Shown here: positions 1-13,552 of the stretch, in pieces
Numbering within the stretch: position 1 is the first letter of the stretch
How the letters are laid out: each line of letters starts with the position of its first letter
Assembly: GCA_000182565.2 (NCBI GenBank)
Contig: KQ257460.1
From: Spizellomyces punctatus DAOM BR117
Taxonomy: Eukaryota
Length of the DNA: 64,000 nucleotides
Strand: one strand, 5' to 3'
Notes under the pieces: model-generated
Database searches by the model: none
What the model saw: only the letters and a program-made list of their open reading frames with translations
Told to the model about the DNA's origin: nothing
Program-made: the position numbers and the translations under genes

Positions 1-3000
1 TTCACTTTCTTGGATGGGGTGATCGCAGACAGTACTTCTTCCGCAACTCTTTTTACGCCTCTTCGGATTTTTCCAACAATGTCTCGTTTGAACAGAGCCT
101 GAATCCGAAAGGAAATGTCAATAAAAGCAGAGTCTAGCACAGTCAAACAAGGCCTTTACCGGAGGAGGCTCCACTACGAATTTGTTATCCTTGAACATGG
201 GACCAGTTGGGTACTGCTTATCGTAAACAAGAACATTAGAATGTCGGTGTTCTAAATAGTGCCCTTGTTCACACACGAAGATAATGTCTCCGGTAGGAAT
301 GGGGAACGGAATTGGTTTGCTGCTGTCCCATCGTTTGAGGCAGTTCAAGCAGTTGCAGTTGTGATTGCATTTCGGGCATACCCAGTTTCGGTCCTAGATT
401 ACACCACAATGAAAAGCCCTTTCAGTGGACGGTAAAAACTACATGTTGGGTCAGCAATCATACCTTTTTGACATCAAAGAGCCGGAGACCAAATCTGTTC
501 CAGAGACACCGCGCACAGTAAGGTGTTCCGCAAGCGTCAGACGCGAAAGTCCTGCAATCAGGTTCCACCGGTAAGCTGAAGTTGCACAAAGGTCTTTCCT
601 GTACACTCTCAATCTCACCATGGAGGCGACCCCACCGAAGAACGACAAGCGTGACAGCATTTTGATCTGGCATGCTCTCTCTACTTGACCAAAGGGATTA
701 GCATGCCTAATGAAACCATTCAATGCAGACTACACGAACCCCAGTGCGGAAAAGATATATATGATATGCGATAGTGGCGGTTGGCAGAACATTGCTCGAG
801 CCATTAAAGATCCTAACCAAATATGGTAAGGTACAAACGATTCCAAACGGAGGCTCTGAGCGGAGGTAGCAACTCACCCCTCTATCCACTCTTTGGAGAG
901 ATGCCCTTCGGGTGATTTACAAATGCGATTGTACGCTTTTACAGCTTCCTCCAATTGGCTCTTCAATGTTTGCATAGGGAGATACTGATGAAAGGTCATG
1001 GCCTTTTCGTGAGGGCAACTCCGACCACGTGCGTAACACCCCAGACATATATCAAACTCGTCTTCTAGCTCAATTTGGGAGCGGTTCTCCTGCTCATTTT
1101 TCCCAACAATCGTAGCTGTGGAAGAATTTGACTCCTTCATTGATATCGCTGGAGTGGACGTCGGAGCCCTGTTTTCAGTGCTAACTTGCTTGACAGTGCT
1201 GCTGTTGTCTACTTGGCCATTCCCAACAAAGGAGGTACCGTTAGCATTTGGCTCGTCAGGTTTCTTGTTACGGTCCCTGCGGACCCGCTGTATCCTAGGC
1301 TCGCCATGACTAGATGCTGTAGCGTCATCGTTCTCTGGTATTGGCGGAAGTGGGCTGTTGTTGGCTTCAGCTTGTTCGCTACCGTTGGTGACTTCCAGTG
1401 TAGAATTCTTGGCCGTTAACAGGCCTTCCTGCGCGACTGTGCCATTTCGATTGGCCTTCCTGGGTGATGTTGAAGGTGCATGACTTTGCGAATCGCTTTC
1501 CATAGGACTGAAGATCTGGCCAAACGGGTTACCCTTGATTGGTTCGATTATTCCCGTTTGAGCTCTCTTTCTGTTCATCAAAATATGCTCGATATCCACA
1601 GTCTGAACTTCAGATCTTCGTGCATTTTGCGGAAGAGCAGAGGCAACCTCTTCCCCCTTTCCGGATACGTCAGGTAGGTGAGCACATTTTATACAGGTAA
1701 AGCCCCGATTCCAAATGTCTGCTCGACAAAAATCACATGTCCGAGAATGCGGTTGATCTGCATCGCTCCACCGGGTTGGTAGATGTTCAGGCGACCCCTC
1801 TATCCATTCCTCCTTCACCACGGCGGCAAAGCACTCGATTACAGATCTAAAGTCCTCAACAGATCTTTCGTCAGGTCCGTTTTGCATGTCCACAGCTTTT
1901 TTTGTCATCGAGAGCAAAGTATTGTGTACGAGTGCTTTGATACGATATATCTCAGGCCGCATGTGCGCCTGATATTCGGCAAGAACTCGATCCACGCATC
2001 TCCGCAATGAATCGACTGTGACTCTGTTCCATGACACCTGCACAGAACCAAAAGCATGTTCAAGCGCTGAAAAGCAGAAGTTTTCCATATATGCATACCT
2101 TGATGGTGACGCCGCCTTTGTTTAGCACCTGATGTGCGGCTTCTGGAGGTACTATCGTACAGAGCTTTAGCCAATGGACGATCCTCCGCACAGAAGGCGG
2201 CGCGATAAATACCTAAAACGAAATCGCCGCGTTTCTGCTCAATGACGTACACTGTGAACGGTGCGTTTTCCAGGAGTTCGAGCGAAGCAAAGACTTATTG
2301 TTATAAATTGAGAGACGCCTTTGAGAAATTAAGCATTTTCGGGAACTCAAAACAATGATTCGCTCCTCACAGTTGTCCTCATATATTGAATGCCCTTGCT
2401 CTTGCCAAAATTTTGACACTTTCTCCAAAGAGCCTGAGTCAGCAAGAAACCAGATAGCTCTTGCACCTTCGTCGGCATGAACCTTAAAGGGGGCACCCTA
2501 AATTTCACGAATCTAGGATGCACTAGTGTAAGGATTTGATTACCATGACATTGTGCCCTACGGATCCGCATAGGTCTGTATGCCCTGGGGTATTGGTTCC
2601 ATCGAAGCCTATTGTAGCAATCACCCGCAGTACGTAAGACATATAATGCGTTCATAGTAATATACAACATCCACGTACCCACGTATGCCATCAGATTATC
2701 GGGTTGCAAATGCGCAGGGAGGAGAGGGACCAGGTCATTGGGACCCTTATACTGGAAATACGCCGGCAGTCTTTGATGCGTTCGTTCCGCCCAGGCGCCT
2801 GGACAAACGATGTCTTTTCCATACAATAGGTTTCTTTCTTGCTGTCTCTCCTCTGGCGGCTTCTCGTGCAAGTAATCCACAAAGGCGCCGACCGACATGT
2901 CAACGTCCTCACCTGTACATACATTGCGAACCAGCAAGTGTGTACCTTCTTCGTTCTGTTTCAGCCAGTCAATCGTAAAGAGGTCGTCATCATGAAGATC

Positions 3001-3252
3001 GTGGTCGTTTTCCCCAGAGTCTCTCCACGCTGCAAACGAATTTTGAACGACGACCGGAATGCCGTGCAGTATGCCGTCCTGTACGACGGCAACCACCTCA
3101 TCGACTGTTTTTGTTTTTGCATCAACGGTGGGCACAGACTTGAAGGGCCCAACGGAACCTTCGCTTCGCAATCGTGCCAGCAGCGCATCGATCTGGTGAT
3201 CTGGCAGCACCGGAACGCCCTCAGGCGCATGCCCAACAGTTGACTTGAACAT
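1..3252 (-). CDS. JmjC-domain protein with Cys-rich regions and a C-terminal zf-4CXXC_R1-like finger (Neurospora DMM-1-like); 3' end runs off the window
   Basis: Spliced exons give LYGKDIVCP, NLMAYVG, GTNTPGHTDLCGSVGHNVM (HxD), EQKRGDFVL, AAHQVLNKGG (third His), VSWNRVT, TCDFCRADIWNRGFTC and WVCPKCNHNCNCLNC. ATG at 3252. Confidence 0.8.
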
Positions 3253-3687
3253 GGTCCCCAGAATATCAGCGACACTATGTTCCGTTGTCCAACAAACGTA
3301 AAAAGGAAGAAATGTGCTTCCGCTGGTCCTCGGCGAAGCTTGACCGCGCAAGTGGGAAGCTGTCGATTTGGTATTACACGTGATACTAGATGTTCAACTT
3401 TTGAGTTTGCAACTGTTCGTTCGCACCAGTCGTTGAAGGGGATATCTGCATCTGCATTAAATTCCTTATATTTATGCAGAATTCTTATTATGACCTGCTA
3501 GTGGTTGTCAGTAAGAGTTGGCCGTGCAAAAAAGTGGAAGAGCAATGACAACGAAATCGACGACGACGATGCGGATCTGGCGGTGATCACTGTTGACATG
3601 GCAACAAGGTAACAGTGCATACCGTCGTTCGTCCAACGCTCTGCTTTCTCTTGCGAAAGACAGGCCATCCTCGATAAAGAAGCTGCA

Positions 3688-4876
3688 ATGTCTACGGTGA
3701 ACGACGAAAGTTTACGGCAAGAGCAGAGGTTTGCAAAAGCCGTGAGCGTACTTCAGTCGCTGGGGCCTGAGGAACATACCATGGTTCCCACAAATGACGA
3801 AAAGCTCCAGGTGAACACCGCTTCTCGAAAGAGGGCTTTCAATAAAAGTTTCACCTAAAACAAGAGCTGCACGCTGACAGAAACATTGTATGCATCTGTG
3901 CTAGTTTTATGGCTTGTATAAGCAAGCGACAGTGGGGCCGTGTTCAACACCACGGCCCAGTTTATGGGACGTCGTGGGACGGTCAAAGTGGGATGCGTGG
4001 AACAAGGTCCGGCAACTAACGTCGTCGGAGGCGAAGGAAGCATACATTGATGCAGTCATAAAGGTTAGATTGCCCTGTATCCGCTCCAGGAAGAATATAG
4101 CACTGATATGGCCGTTCAGTTCCTTCAACGGTTTCCGGACCGACCTCTTGCGGCTGAAGTCATCGAGTACTTTGAGCTTTCTCGTGCGGGCCTCGCTACT
4201 GACACTGATTCTGAAGGAGGTACCCGTTTATATCTCTCGCTTTACATCCTTGTTCAGGCGCTATAGTGTGACTTTCTGCAGATTTCAGTGAGCGCGATTT
4301 GTCTGACGTGGAGACGCATAGCCTTCCCGAGCATGGAGAGGTGAGAATAGCTGGTGGAATAGCTGCTCACAACCGTACAGTGGACATGGACGCCTGACGT
4401 TGCCATACTGTAGGACTTTGATGAACCCGTTGATACACCACCGCATTATGAAGAGCGACCTGTGTCAATTAATGAATCCGAAACATCAGCATCTTCTCGC
4501 ATTTTAGATGGGCTGATTGAACGCGTGAGGAGCTTGGAGGTGGAAGTGTCATCATTGCGAAATGATCAAGCGGAACATAGACGGCAGGTAAAGAGATTGC
4601 TGCACCCGGACCGCTCAAGACTGGCAGTGGTCGTTCGATATGTCAAGGTAATCGGTTACATTGGCAGTCAATTCTTGTCATGCGCTGACTAGTTCTTTGC
4701 TATCACAGTATTTGGTCCCGTCCGCTCTATGGAATCTTTTATGCATCTTTTTTGCACTACTGTTTTTCGGTTACCGACCTACCGCTAATAGCAAGTTTGT
4801 CGCATGTCTGATGTGGGCTTGGATGAAGCGCCAAGAGCTTTTGGGAAGTGCGGATCGGGGAGACGTGGCCCTATAA
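3688..4876 (+). CDS. Acyl-CoA-binding domain protein with coiled coil and C-terminal TM (ACBD4/5- or Atg37-like)
   Basis: RFAKAV...PTNDEKLQ/FYGLYKQATVGPC...WDVVGRSKWDAW ACBP signature; coiled coil LIERVRSLEVEVSSLR; hydrophobic tail. The start could lie slightly upstream. Confidence 0.85.
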
Positions 4877-4952
4877 TCACACATCATTTTTGCTATATAA
4901 TTGTGCATATAAATATCTAACATGTTTTTTCAATTGATCTTGGCCATGCTCA

Positions 4953-5919
4953 TCAGCTTGACGATGTTGATGTTCCATTAGGGCCATTTTTCTTTCCATC
5001 GCGGGAGTCCAGTATGAGTGTTACTGGCCCATCATTGAGGATGTTCACCTATTACAATTTAGAGCCTGGTGAATTAACCGATGGCACATTCTGGTATTGT
5101 CACGGGACGCACCTGCATCATGGCTCCAAATACTCCGTCTAGAGTATCGAATGATGAGTATACCCAAGTTAATCTATCCACAGCAGAAGATGATCTTCAT
5201 ATAGGTAGCATACCTTGTACCCGCTCCGGCTTATACGCTGCTTTAAGCTTTTCTAGAAAGGTCGTGTACATGTCCTTGCTTTGGTCGCTCTTCATTGCTA
5301 AACCAAGTCATATGAATAAAAATAGCCAAAAACAATTAGAAATGTAGCATCAAGACGACCAACCCAAATGAAAATCCGGCTTTGAGCCCTTGTTCGACAG
5401 GGCATAGAGAGTGAACTGGCTCACTGGTAAAATGAACGATGAGCGAGAACGTTCAAGAGTGATACGCAACGAATCAGCTAACCGCTCAAAATTTCTAGAT
5501 CAAGATCCTTGACACTCTTTGTCCATGGCTTGCCATTTCCATCCTCGAACACTCGCACACTTGTTAACTTCTTGACCCTATCATAAGAAGCATAAAATAA
5601 ACAAAAGCCGCCAAACGGGTTGTGCTTTCTTGGTCGTGACTTACATCCAATTCACGTCCTTTCCCTCGTCATCGCCCTGTACAGCCAAATATGAGCTTGC
5701 TGTTATATGCAACTTGGTGAAAATCATCACTTACAGATATTCCAATGAGAACACAGATGCCCTTCCCAATCTTCCCCACAATTTCACCGTTAACTATAAA
5801 GATGCGCACATTGCTCGCGTCAGTCCAGAAGCAAAAAGACAGACATGAGAATAAAGCACTGACCCGACGTCAATACCTGTCACGCTAGCACTGCTCACTC
5901 GCTGTAATATCGCTCGCAT
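4953..5919 (-). CDS. DTD1: D-aminoacyl-tRNA deacylase (missed by the ORF track because its exons are short)
   Basis: Manually spliced: MRAILQRVSSASVT/VNGEIVGKIGKGICVLIGIS...VSQFTLYA..KGSKPDFH...GVFGAMMQV/NILNDGPVTLILDS, containing the SQFTL and NDGPVT motifs. Confidence 0.93.
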
Positions 5920-6092
5920 GTTGCAAATATCTTGTTCAAAGGAATGGAGAAACTTAACCCTAACTTATGTGGTGTTGCTGTGCCATGCTGTGCCACCGAT
6001 CGTTTTGCAGGTTGAATTTCGTCGCGCTTTGGGGTTGGGAAGCTTTCACTCTTCTCGATTCTTGGAGTTTATTCATCTAGGAAAGAGCCATC

Positions 6093-7115
6093 ATGGTAAG
6101 GAAAATGGTCATCGCACCCATCCATCCATCCATCTGTTTTTAGTGTGGAAAGCGTCGTGCACCATCGCGGGGTTTCCTGCTTCCGTGCCGACTGCTGGAT
6201 GTGAATGTGGTTTAACGTCGCAAGTGACATGGCCCCTGTGAAGGGGGACATGAAGCGAACTTGGAGCGACTAGACAAAATGTGTTGACCCCGCTTTCCCT
6301 TTTTTCTCTTTCTTCTCGCCATCATTAAGGGTGTTGATTTGGGAGTTCGTCACCACCAAAAGAAGGGGCACAGGGATGCACCCAAGTCTCAGGTAGGTCA
6401 TAATTCATTGAACAGCGGCAATGTAAAACAGCAGACTGAACGGCTTCTCGTATTTTTCATAACAGGATGTGTACCTTCGTATGCTTGTGAAGGTGTGTAT
6501 ACTGGGAAAGCGCCTTGAATTGGGCAATTGCTCCATTGTGGCTGTAAATGGTGGACTGGTTTTAACTCTTGTACCTTCGGAATAGCTTTACCGCTTCCTT
6601 GCTCGCCGTACCGAATCCAAGTTCAACCAGGTCGTCTTGAAGCGCCTGTTTATGTCCCGGGTGAACCGTCCCCCTATCTCTGTCTCTCGTCTCGCCCGTT
6701 TCATGAAGGGCAAGGAAGACAAGATCGCCGTCATTGTCGGAACTGTGACCGACGACAACCGTCTCTTGGAGGTGCCCAAGCTCACTGTTGCTGCCCTGCG
6801 TGTGACCCGCACTGCTCGTGCGCGTATCATCAAGGCCGGTGGTGAGATCCTCACCTTTGACCAACTTGCCCTCCGCTCTCCCCTCGGAAAGGGCACTGTC
6901 CTTCTTCGTGGTCAGAGGAACACCCGTGAGGCCGTCAAGCACTTTGGCGTTCCTGGCAAGCCCCATAGCAGCGCCAAGTAGGTTTCTTGTGCGCACTACT
7001 CTATCATCGATCACAAATATCTAATCCTTATCTCAATAGGCCTTACGTCCGGTCTAAGGGCCGCAAGTTTGAGCGTGCTCGTGGTCGCAGAAAGTCCCGT
7101 GGTTACAAGGCGTAA
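6093..7115 (+). CDS. RPL18: 60S ribosomal protein eL18
   Basis: ATG-only first exon, then GVDL..., [26 protein letters not shown]-type motif ([10 protein letters not shown]), [14 protein letters not shown] and [24 protein letters not shown]. Confidence 0.97.
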
Positions 7116-7509
7116 GCGTCTTGTACGTTTCATTGTCTTTAGATTAGTTCGTTGTACATCGTACTGTCTAAAGGTGCATGAATATATGACATTACCAGTC
7201 AATTATGTGCAGCGCTTGCAGTTCTACCCACCCTAACGTAGGTTAGGCGGGCTACAGGATAGTCTTCAATAGATGGAAGAACACGCATGACTCTGCGATT
7301 ATTGCAGGGGGCCGCACTCGAATGGCACTAGAAATTCATCCTGCTCAGTATTGCGAAGAATGAAAAGTGGTTCGCGATTTAACCAAGATCTTTTCTGCAT
7401 ATGTATTATGAATGATGGTTACTATTTTACAATATGTGATGAAATATGGTGGTCGCATGACTCGCTGGAGTCAAATAAAGGTGTATCAGTGAAATAGACA
7501 CTAAGATAG

Positions 7510-10376
7510 TCAAAACTCGTCCCACGCAGGTTGCGGCGCCTCTTCCTCCAGTCGTCTCCTTCTCTTGGCTCGCCACGCCCTTCTGATGGCCTCCCGTATC
7601 TTTTCCTGATTCTTTTCAACATTGGCGCATGCAAGTCCGCTCAAGACATCGGTTTGTTTAGGGGTAAATGTAAAATTATAGGTGGCACACCAGTCGGCTT
7701 TCGATGGGTCGAGCTGAGGGTCGTATTCGTTATTGCGAATCAACGGCAAGTATATCAGGGTCAAATCAGCGGGAGACTTGGCCTGCGAAATTGTGGAGAG
7801 GACAGTACAGGTCGTTTCTCGAAGATGGTCCTGACGGTGTCCTGCATGACTTTCCTCGGATTTGGGGATGGTAGGAAACGGGAACCCACGCTCACGGGCA
7901 TACGCTTCCGCTCTGATCAACCACGGGTCTACCCCAATATCCATGGAAGCATCAAGGGCGATAATCACATCGACGTTCCGCTCTGGCCTCAAGAGCGGAG
8001 GAAAGGGAATGTTGTTGTCCATGCCTATTGTTTCGTGACGTTGAGCAATGACAATATCTACTAGTGATGAATTGGGCAGAAATGACTCACGAACCAGAAT
8101 CCATGAGCGCAATCGTCTTTTCCTCGATGAGGTGTTCAAAATTATCTAATTTGTATACAATGTTTGGAAAGCGCGCTGGGGAAATAGGATGTATCTCCTG
8201 TTGTTTGTCCATGTGAGAAAATGTTTGGTTCCAAGCCGAATGAATGCACCTCACTGACCGATACATCTTCCAGTAACGGTAGCACTCTTTCTCGCAAGTT
8301 TTCTGGTAGCGTATCTTTGAATTCATTCCATATGTGCGCGACAGTGGCTGTAAAGGCGGACCCGAAGGTTCTGGCGGACACATTTAATGAGGAGCATTGG
8401 TCCATGTCACCAGGCACTGGTAGAACTCACCCGAGCAAGAGACCCAAACTTTGTTCGGGCAACTTTTCACGAGACACACCAGACTCGAACACCCGACCAA
8501 AGCCCCTAGGTTGTTAATGTTATGATGTGTAATTCAGTCAAAACACTCCAATCATCTCATCCTTACCAAACAGGAACCCATGCACCACTCCCACTTCCTG
8601 ATTCAGTCCGAAAGCCGGCTTCAAATGGTGTAAACTCCCACCACTGAGATGCAAGTGTTCAGCAATCTGCATCCAACAGGCTAATCTGAATTATCTCACC
8701 TGATAGCGACTGCCACCAGTATCTTTTCCAATTTCATGAGAGACCGCCGTGTATATCGGTATGGGTAGACTTTGGTCCTCTACAGCCCACCGTTGGTAGG
8801 AGAGCTTGCCACGATCAATCTGCTCATGGGCGGAGAGTGTCTCACGCGTGTCGCCCTTCCCGCTTCCGGTCTGTGGATCGTCTCCTGCCTGTGCAGCCAC
8901 AGACACAGTTCGTGTCGCCGCTACTTTTGCAGCTTCGGGGACAAGTAACCTGCCCGTTAGAAGAGTTCCAAAGATATCGACTGTTGAAAATGCTTTTTCC
9001 GTAAAGTATTTTTGTACTATGCCGAATAAAATTCGCTCGCCCTCAGGAGTATTCAGTGCCGCCACCAGGTCAGAGAGACTGAGGTAATTTGTCGAGAGTT
9101 GCTTGGCCAGACGCTGTTGAACGGAATCAAAGTCGGGGCCGAGAGAATATAACTGAGCCATCGCCCACGTTGATCCAGACACACCAGCAATGTAAGTTAC
9201 ACCTTTGAGAAGTCCAATCTTGTCGAGCGCTTGCATTGATGCGAGATTGGCCACCATGGCCCTACATCCGCCCCCGCTAACTACATATTAGCATATCAGA
9301 GATCAGGAGGGATGCATAAGGTCATCTTCCACAAACCTTGCTGCAATACTAATGACTGGAACGTCCTCAACTTCAACATCTTCACCAATAAACTTTGAAA
9401 TTGCATCTGCTACGGCTTGTTTCTTTTGTACCAAACGCTCATTTTCCTCCTTGCATAATTCCGCTCCCACGCGAACTTTAGCCTCCCACTCGATCTCCGG
9501 ATTCCGTTTCGGATCGGTCATACCGACTTTTATCTGTGCTATGAGGGTTCCTTCCAAAAGCCCGTCCGCGGCTTTATCTATGGCATCCTGCCATAATCTG
9601 GTTGCGCGTTCCGCAATTTCGCTTCCAGAGGGTATCTGATCAGGTAGCTTTCGCACGTCCTCTGCCGATGGTATGAGGGCAGCAATCTGTTCGAGCTGCT
9701 CGGCAATTTCCTGCGTTGATGGAATGCGGTCTTTCAGCTTCCGTAGTTCTGTTGCGCTTTTTTCAGTGATGTCGCTACCGGAAGGCAGTTGCTGCGACAG
9801 TTTGTCCAAATTAGCCAAATTACTCAAATGGGAAGAAATCTCTGCTAGTTTGGCTGCCAATTCTGATTGGGGTTTACTGTCGTGGCTTTTTGAGCTTTCT
9901 TCAGTACTATCTTTGCCATGGTTGGTCTCTGGAGGATCTTCCTTCTGGTGGTCCTTTGGTGGGAGCTGAGCCAACAAGTCTGCCAGCTTGGCGGATAGGT
10001 CTGCGACCGTTAGCTCGGCGACCTTGGACAAGGTGTCTTCTAATCCACCAGTGGAATTTTCTTTCCTGGGAGTACTGGATCTATGCTCTCCATCTTCTGC
10101 ATGATACTTCGGGTCCGCAGGGCCATGTCCGCTCTCGGTATTGTCACTCCTTGCTTCAGCGTTTATCGGTCGCAGCTTGGAGTTAGCTTGAATACATCCT
10201 CCTAAAGCACCAGTAGCAAGCAGAAGGCCAACTAGAGCCTTGGATAGTTCACCTCTTGCTGGATTTCGAGTCGTCAATGGCGACCGGACCGTCCAAAACG
10301 GACGAGCATTTGCGCCAGGGCGAGGCCGGAAAAGCAGATGCTGTGTGCACCTTCTACTCCCCACTCGTTGGAACAT
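7510..10376 (-). CDS. Cytosolic phospholipase A2 / lysophospholipase (PLA2c domain) with a long N-terminal extension, possibly a mitochondrial presequence
   Basis: SGGGCRAM dyad loop, YIAGVSGSTW nucleophile motif, LMDSG/MDNNIPFPPLLRPERNVDVIIALDAS. Confidence 0.88.
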
Positions 10377-10743
10377 GGGAGCTGATGCGTCCCCAGAGGT
10401 TTTCGACAATGCACAGCGATCAGGACCAGTATGGAGTCTTTGACACCCATCACAGATCTGCTGTGATTTGGTGAGGTCATCGCGTGAGTCATTCACACCA
10501 GCTACCAGCAATTTGCAATAACTCAAAAGACAAAAAAAACACTGTAAAAAAAGAGTTTCTAGATTACGGACAAATGCATGATTTATTTACAATTGTAGAC
10601 CCTTTCCAGCCGAAATGCCGTTGACACCTTGCGAAAAACATCTACAGCGTCGTTCGCGGTACCAGAGCTGCGAGCTTATTACGAGTTGATCCGTGCGACA
10701 GTCATCCTATAGACTGCCACATGTCGCAGACGAGCAGGAAGCC

Positions 10744-11704
10744 TCAATTCTTCTTTTTGCATCCAAAATACTCATCAGGAACAATCGTCAGCTGTCGTCC
10801 GATGGATCCAAAGAGTACTGATCCGGAATACAACATGCAGGGAAACCAAGAACGAACACCAAAAAAGTCTGCCTTTGTGAAACTAGAGAGAATAAGACGA
10901 TAGCACTAGTCAGCCTTGCCGATCTCCCTCTACACGTTTCAAAAGACTTTTTAAATCATACCTGTACATGCCACTACAGACAAAGTACTGAGCAACCCAG
11001 GTTCCAATAACTGCCACAAGTAGCGATAGCACGAACCCATGCCAGGTTCGATCAAACATCAGCCATAGCCATATTGCTGAGAGCGCCAGGACAATCGAGA
11101 CCTGTTGACTACTTGTCCACGGAAGTTTCTATAAAAAAATTGAAGGTCTTAGTTCATCTCATGCACCCAAACTTTGCTATAGAATCAACAACGCACCGAT
11201 GTGGCATAGTTTACACCTGGATTGATGCAATAAAAATGCCGAGAAAAGATTTAGTACTCTGTTGATACAACATGAACGAGTGTGGCAAGAGTGCTGCGGC
11301 CCATACCAATAAATCCTCCACAGCATCTGGAAAAGCAGTATATTCAGCACCAGTACAAGCGCAAATCAGTAAAGTAATACGTACCTTAAAACATTCGACC
11401 ATCCTATATTGTATCTATGAGAAAAATAGTAGTCGAGGATGGGATAGAGGGTTCCCACCAAACATGCAGCGAATCCGCAGCTCAATGGCACCCAAGAGGC
11501 TGTTGAGAAAAGCTGTTTGACGTTTCGTGGGTACCGAGTAATGTCGTGTTCCTGCTGAAAGTGGTCGATCATGACAGAGATACCGAAGCCTAGTGCAAAG
11601 AGGGCGACGGCGCGTGGTGGATAGCGAAAGAGCGGAGAGGATGATGTCATTGCGGCTGAGAAGAAGATTGACGTTGCTACAGGATGTGTTGCGACTGTCG
11701 ACAT
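10744..11704 (-). CDS. INSIG: INSIG-family sterol-regulatory membrane protein
   Basis: WVPLSCGFAACLVGTLYPILD, WSNVLR, WLMFDRTWHGF, DFFGVRSWFPCMLYSGSVLFGSIGRQL; C-terminal KKKN resembles an ER-retrieval signal. Confidence 0.88.
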
Positions 11705-12146
11705 GATCATTCGGTGCAGCGTAAAGAGGGAGAGCAATGGACAAAATTGCCAGCGGAAAGGGTTTTCCAGGTGCCAAGGGCTAATGTTGGAAGAAAAAAG
11801 ACAGCTACCCTCGTTTGTGTGTTTGCCAGAATATGGCACGAGGGTAGTTTACAATCTTTGTTGAAATGCGCAGTGTGGGGTGAGTTCTCGTTGTGGGCCC
11901 TCCGGGTGCGTCGGTCAAAAGCCAAACGGAAACTCCTCCTGGCCACAACAAAGGCGCGATCCATCAAATGATTTGACATGTGAAGGGCATCGCACCACTT
12001 TCTGAGCCACGTCTCTCTTTTTTTATTTATTTTTTATTTTGCTCACGCCATGTCTGTTTATGACTTATTTCTTTTCGCTCACATTCCTACTACACATACA
12101 AACACATTATGAACAAGAGAATTGAAATGTTTTTCATACTTGAGAC

Positions 12147-13287
12147 TTACGGTTGGTTATGAGCAACCTAAAACATTGCGAGTTAGTGTAAAGGTCCATC
12201 AATCTGTTGACAATAAAAAAAAACACTCACATTCAACATCAGCGTATCACTGTCAATATACACACGGTTACTCGAGGTGGATATGGTGTTGGCAATGTCC
12301 CGTGCAGTGTCAAGCTTTCGCAATTCTAGGAATCCAGGAGCGTTCTTGACTGCATCACCAATCAAGGATGCAGCCTTTGCATCTCCTTCAGCCTTCACAA
12401 TAATGGACTGCTTTTCCTGCTTCGCCTTGTCAACGATATATGAGGCCCTTTGTGCCTCTTGTTGAGCTACAGGGACAAATGTTACATTGCATTGCACATA
12501 ACCGGATCAGCAGATCGATACTCACCAATCTGCTTTGCTTCGACGGCATGGGTGAATTCGGGGCTAAAGGCGATATGTGTGATCGATACATCATCCAATG
12601 TTATGTTGAAAAGGTTCGCACGTTGCACCAAGTGTTCTCGGATCAATCGAGACACCCGCTCACGCTGTGTAATCAATTGTGATGCGTTGAATTGAGCGCA
12701 GACGCTCTTCAGTACCTCGTTTACGATCGAGGGTAGAACACGTTCGTCGAAATCCAGACCCAGGGTCTGGTAAATCTGCGGGAGCTTGTGCTCCTTCGGA
12801 CGGGAGAGGACACGTACAGTAATGTTCACCATCTGAAGATCTACAACTCTGTCAATCACTTGCATGGACAAAATATTCCAAAGGATATGGACTTACCTTT
12901 GGTACCGGTCAAAGATCCAATGTTCCTGGGCTTTGCGCGAACATCATAGATGATGGGGGTTTCAAGCCAAGGGATCGCAACGTGTGTGCCTTCGGGATAT
13001 ACGTGGTCCTTTGTGCCTCCAATACGAGAGAACTTGATTGCACGATGTCCTCCGTCAACTATAAAGACCCACAAAGTTCAGCATCAGCATCTTCGACAAC
13101 TCCAATATGAATCCATCCGCGGGGCCATCTCGATTGTACCATTGAATAAACTTGCGTTAACTCCCACACCCAAAAGTGTCAGACCAAGAAGAGCACCGGT
13201 TGACGTGAAGAAACCCCGACCAGGGGCCCCCTTTGGCATTTTTATGCCCTGCATCAAGTTGCGCATAGCCTGCTGCTGGCGGGACAT
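12147..13287 (-). CDS. PHB2: Prohibitin-2
   Basis: [63 protein letters not shown]. Confidence 0.96.
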
Positions 13288-13552
13288 GTTATGGAAATCT
13301 GTCGTTCGACCTCAGAAATCCACCTTACGATGCAGTCGTTTTTACGTTGTTGGTTTTTGGGCAACTTTTGATGATGCCAGTTAGTTGCCATGACGAGCAA
13401 GTTTGCCGAGCATGAGTCATTGTCCAATATGTTTTTCATTAAGCCAAATTTGTATAAATTGAAGCGACGTGATTGGCTCATGCTTCTTTTTGGAATCGAC
13501 CCTTTGGGATGGGAACCTTGCAACTTTCCTGGCATCTTCCTTTGGCAAAATC

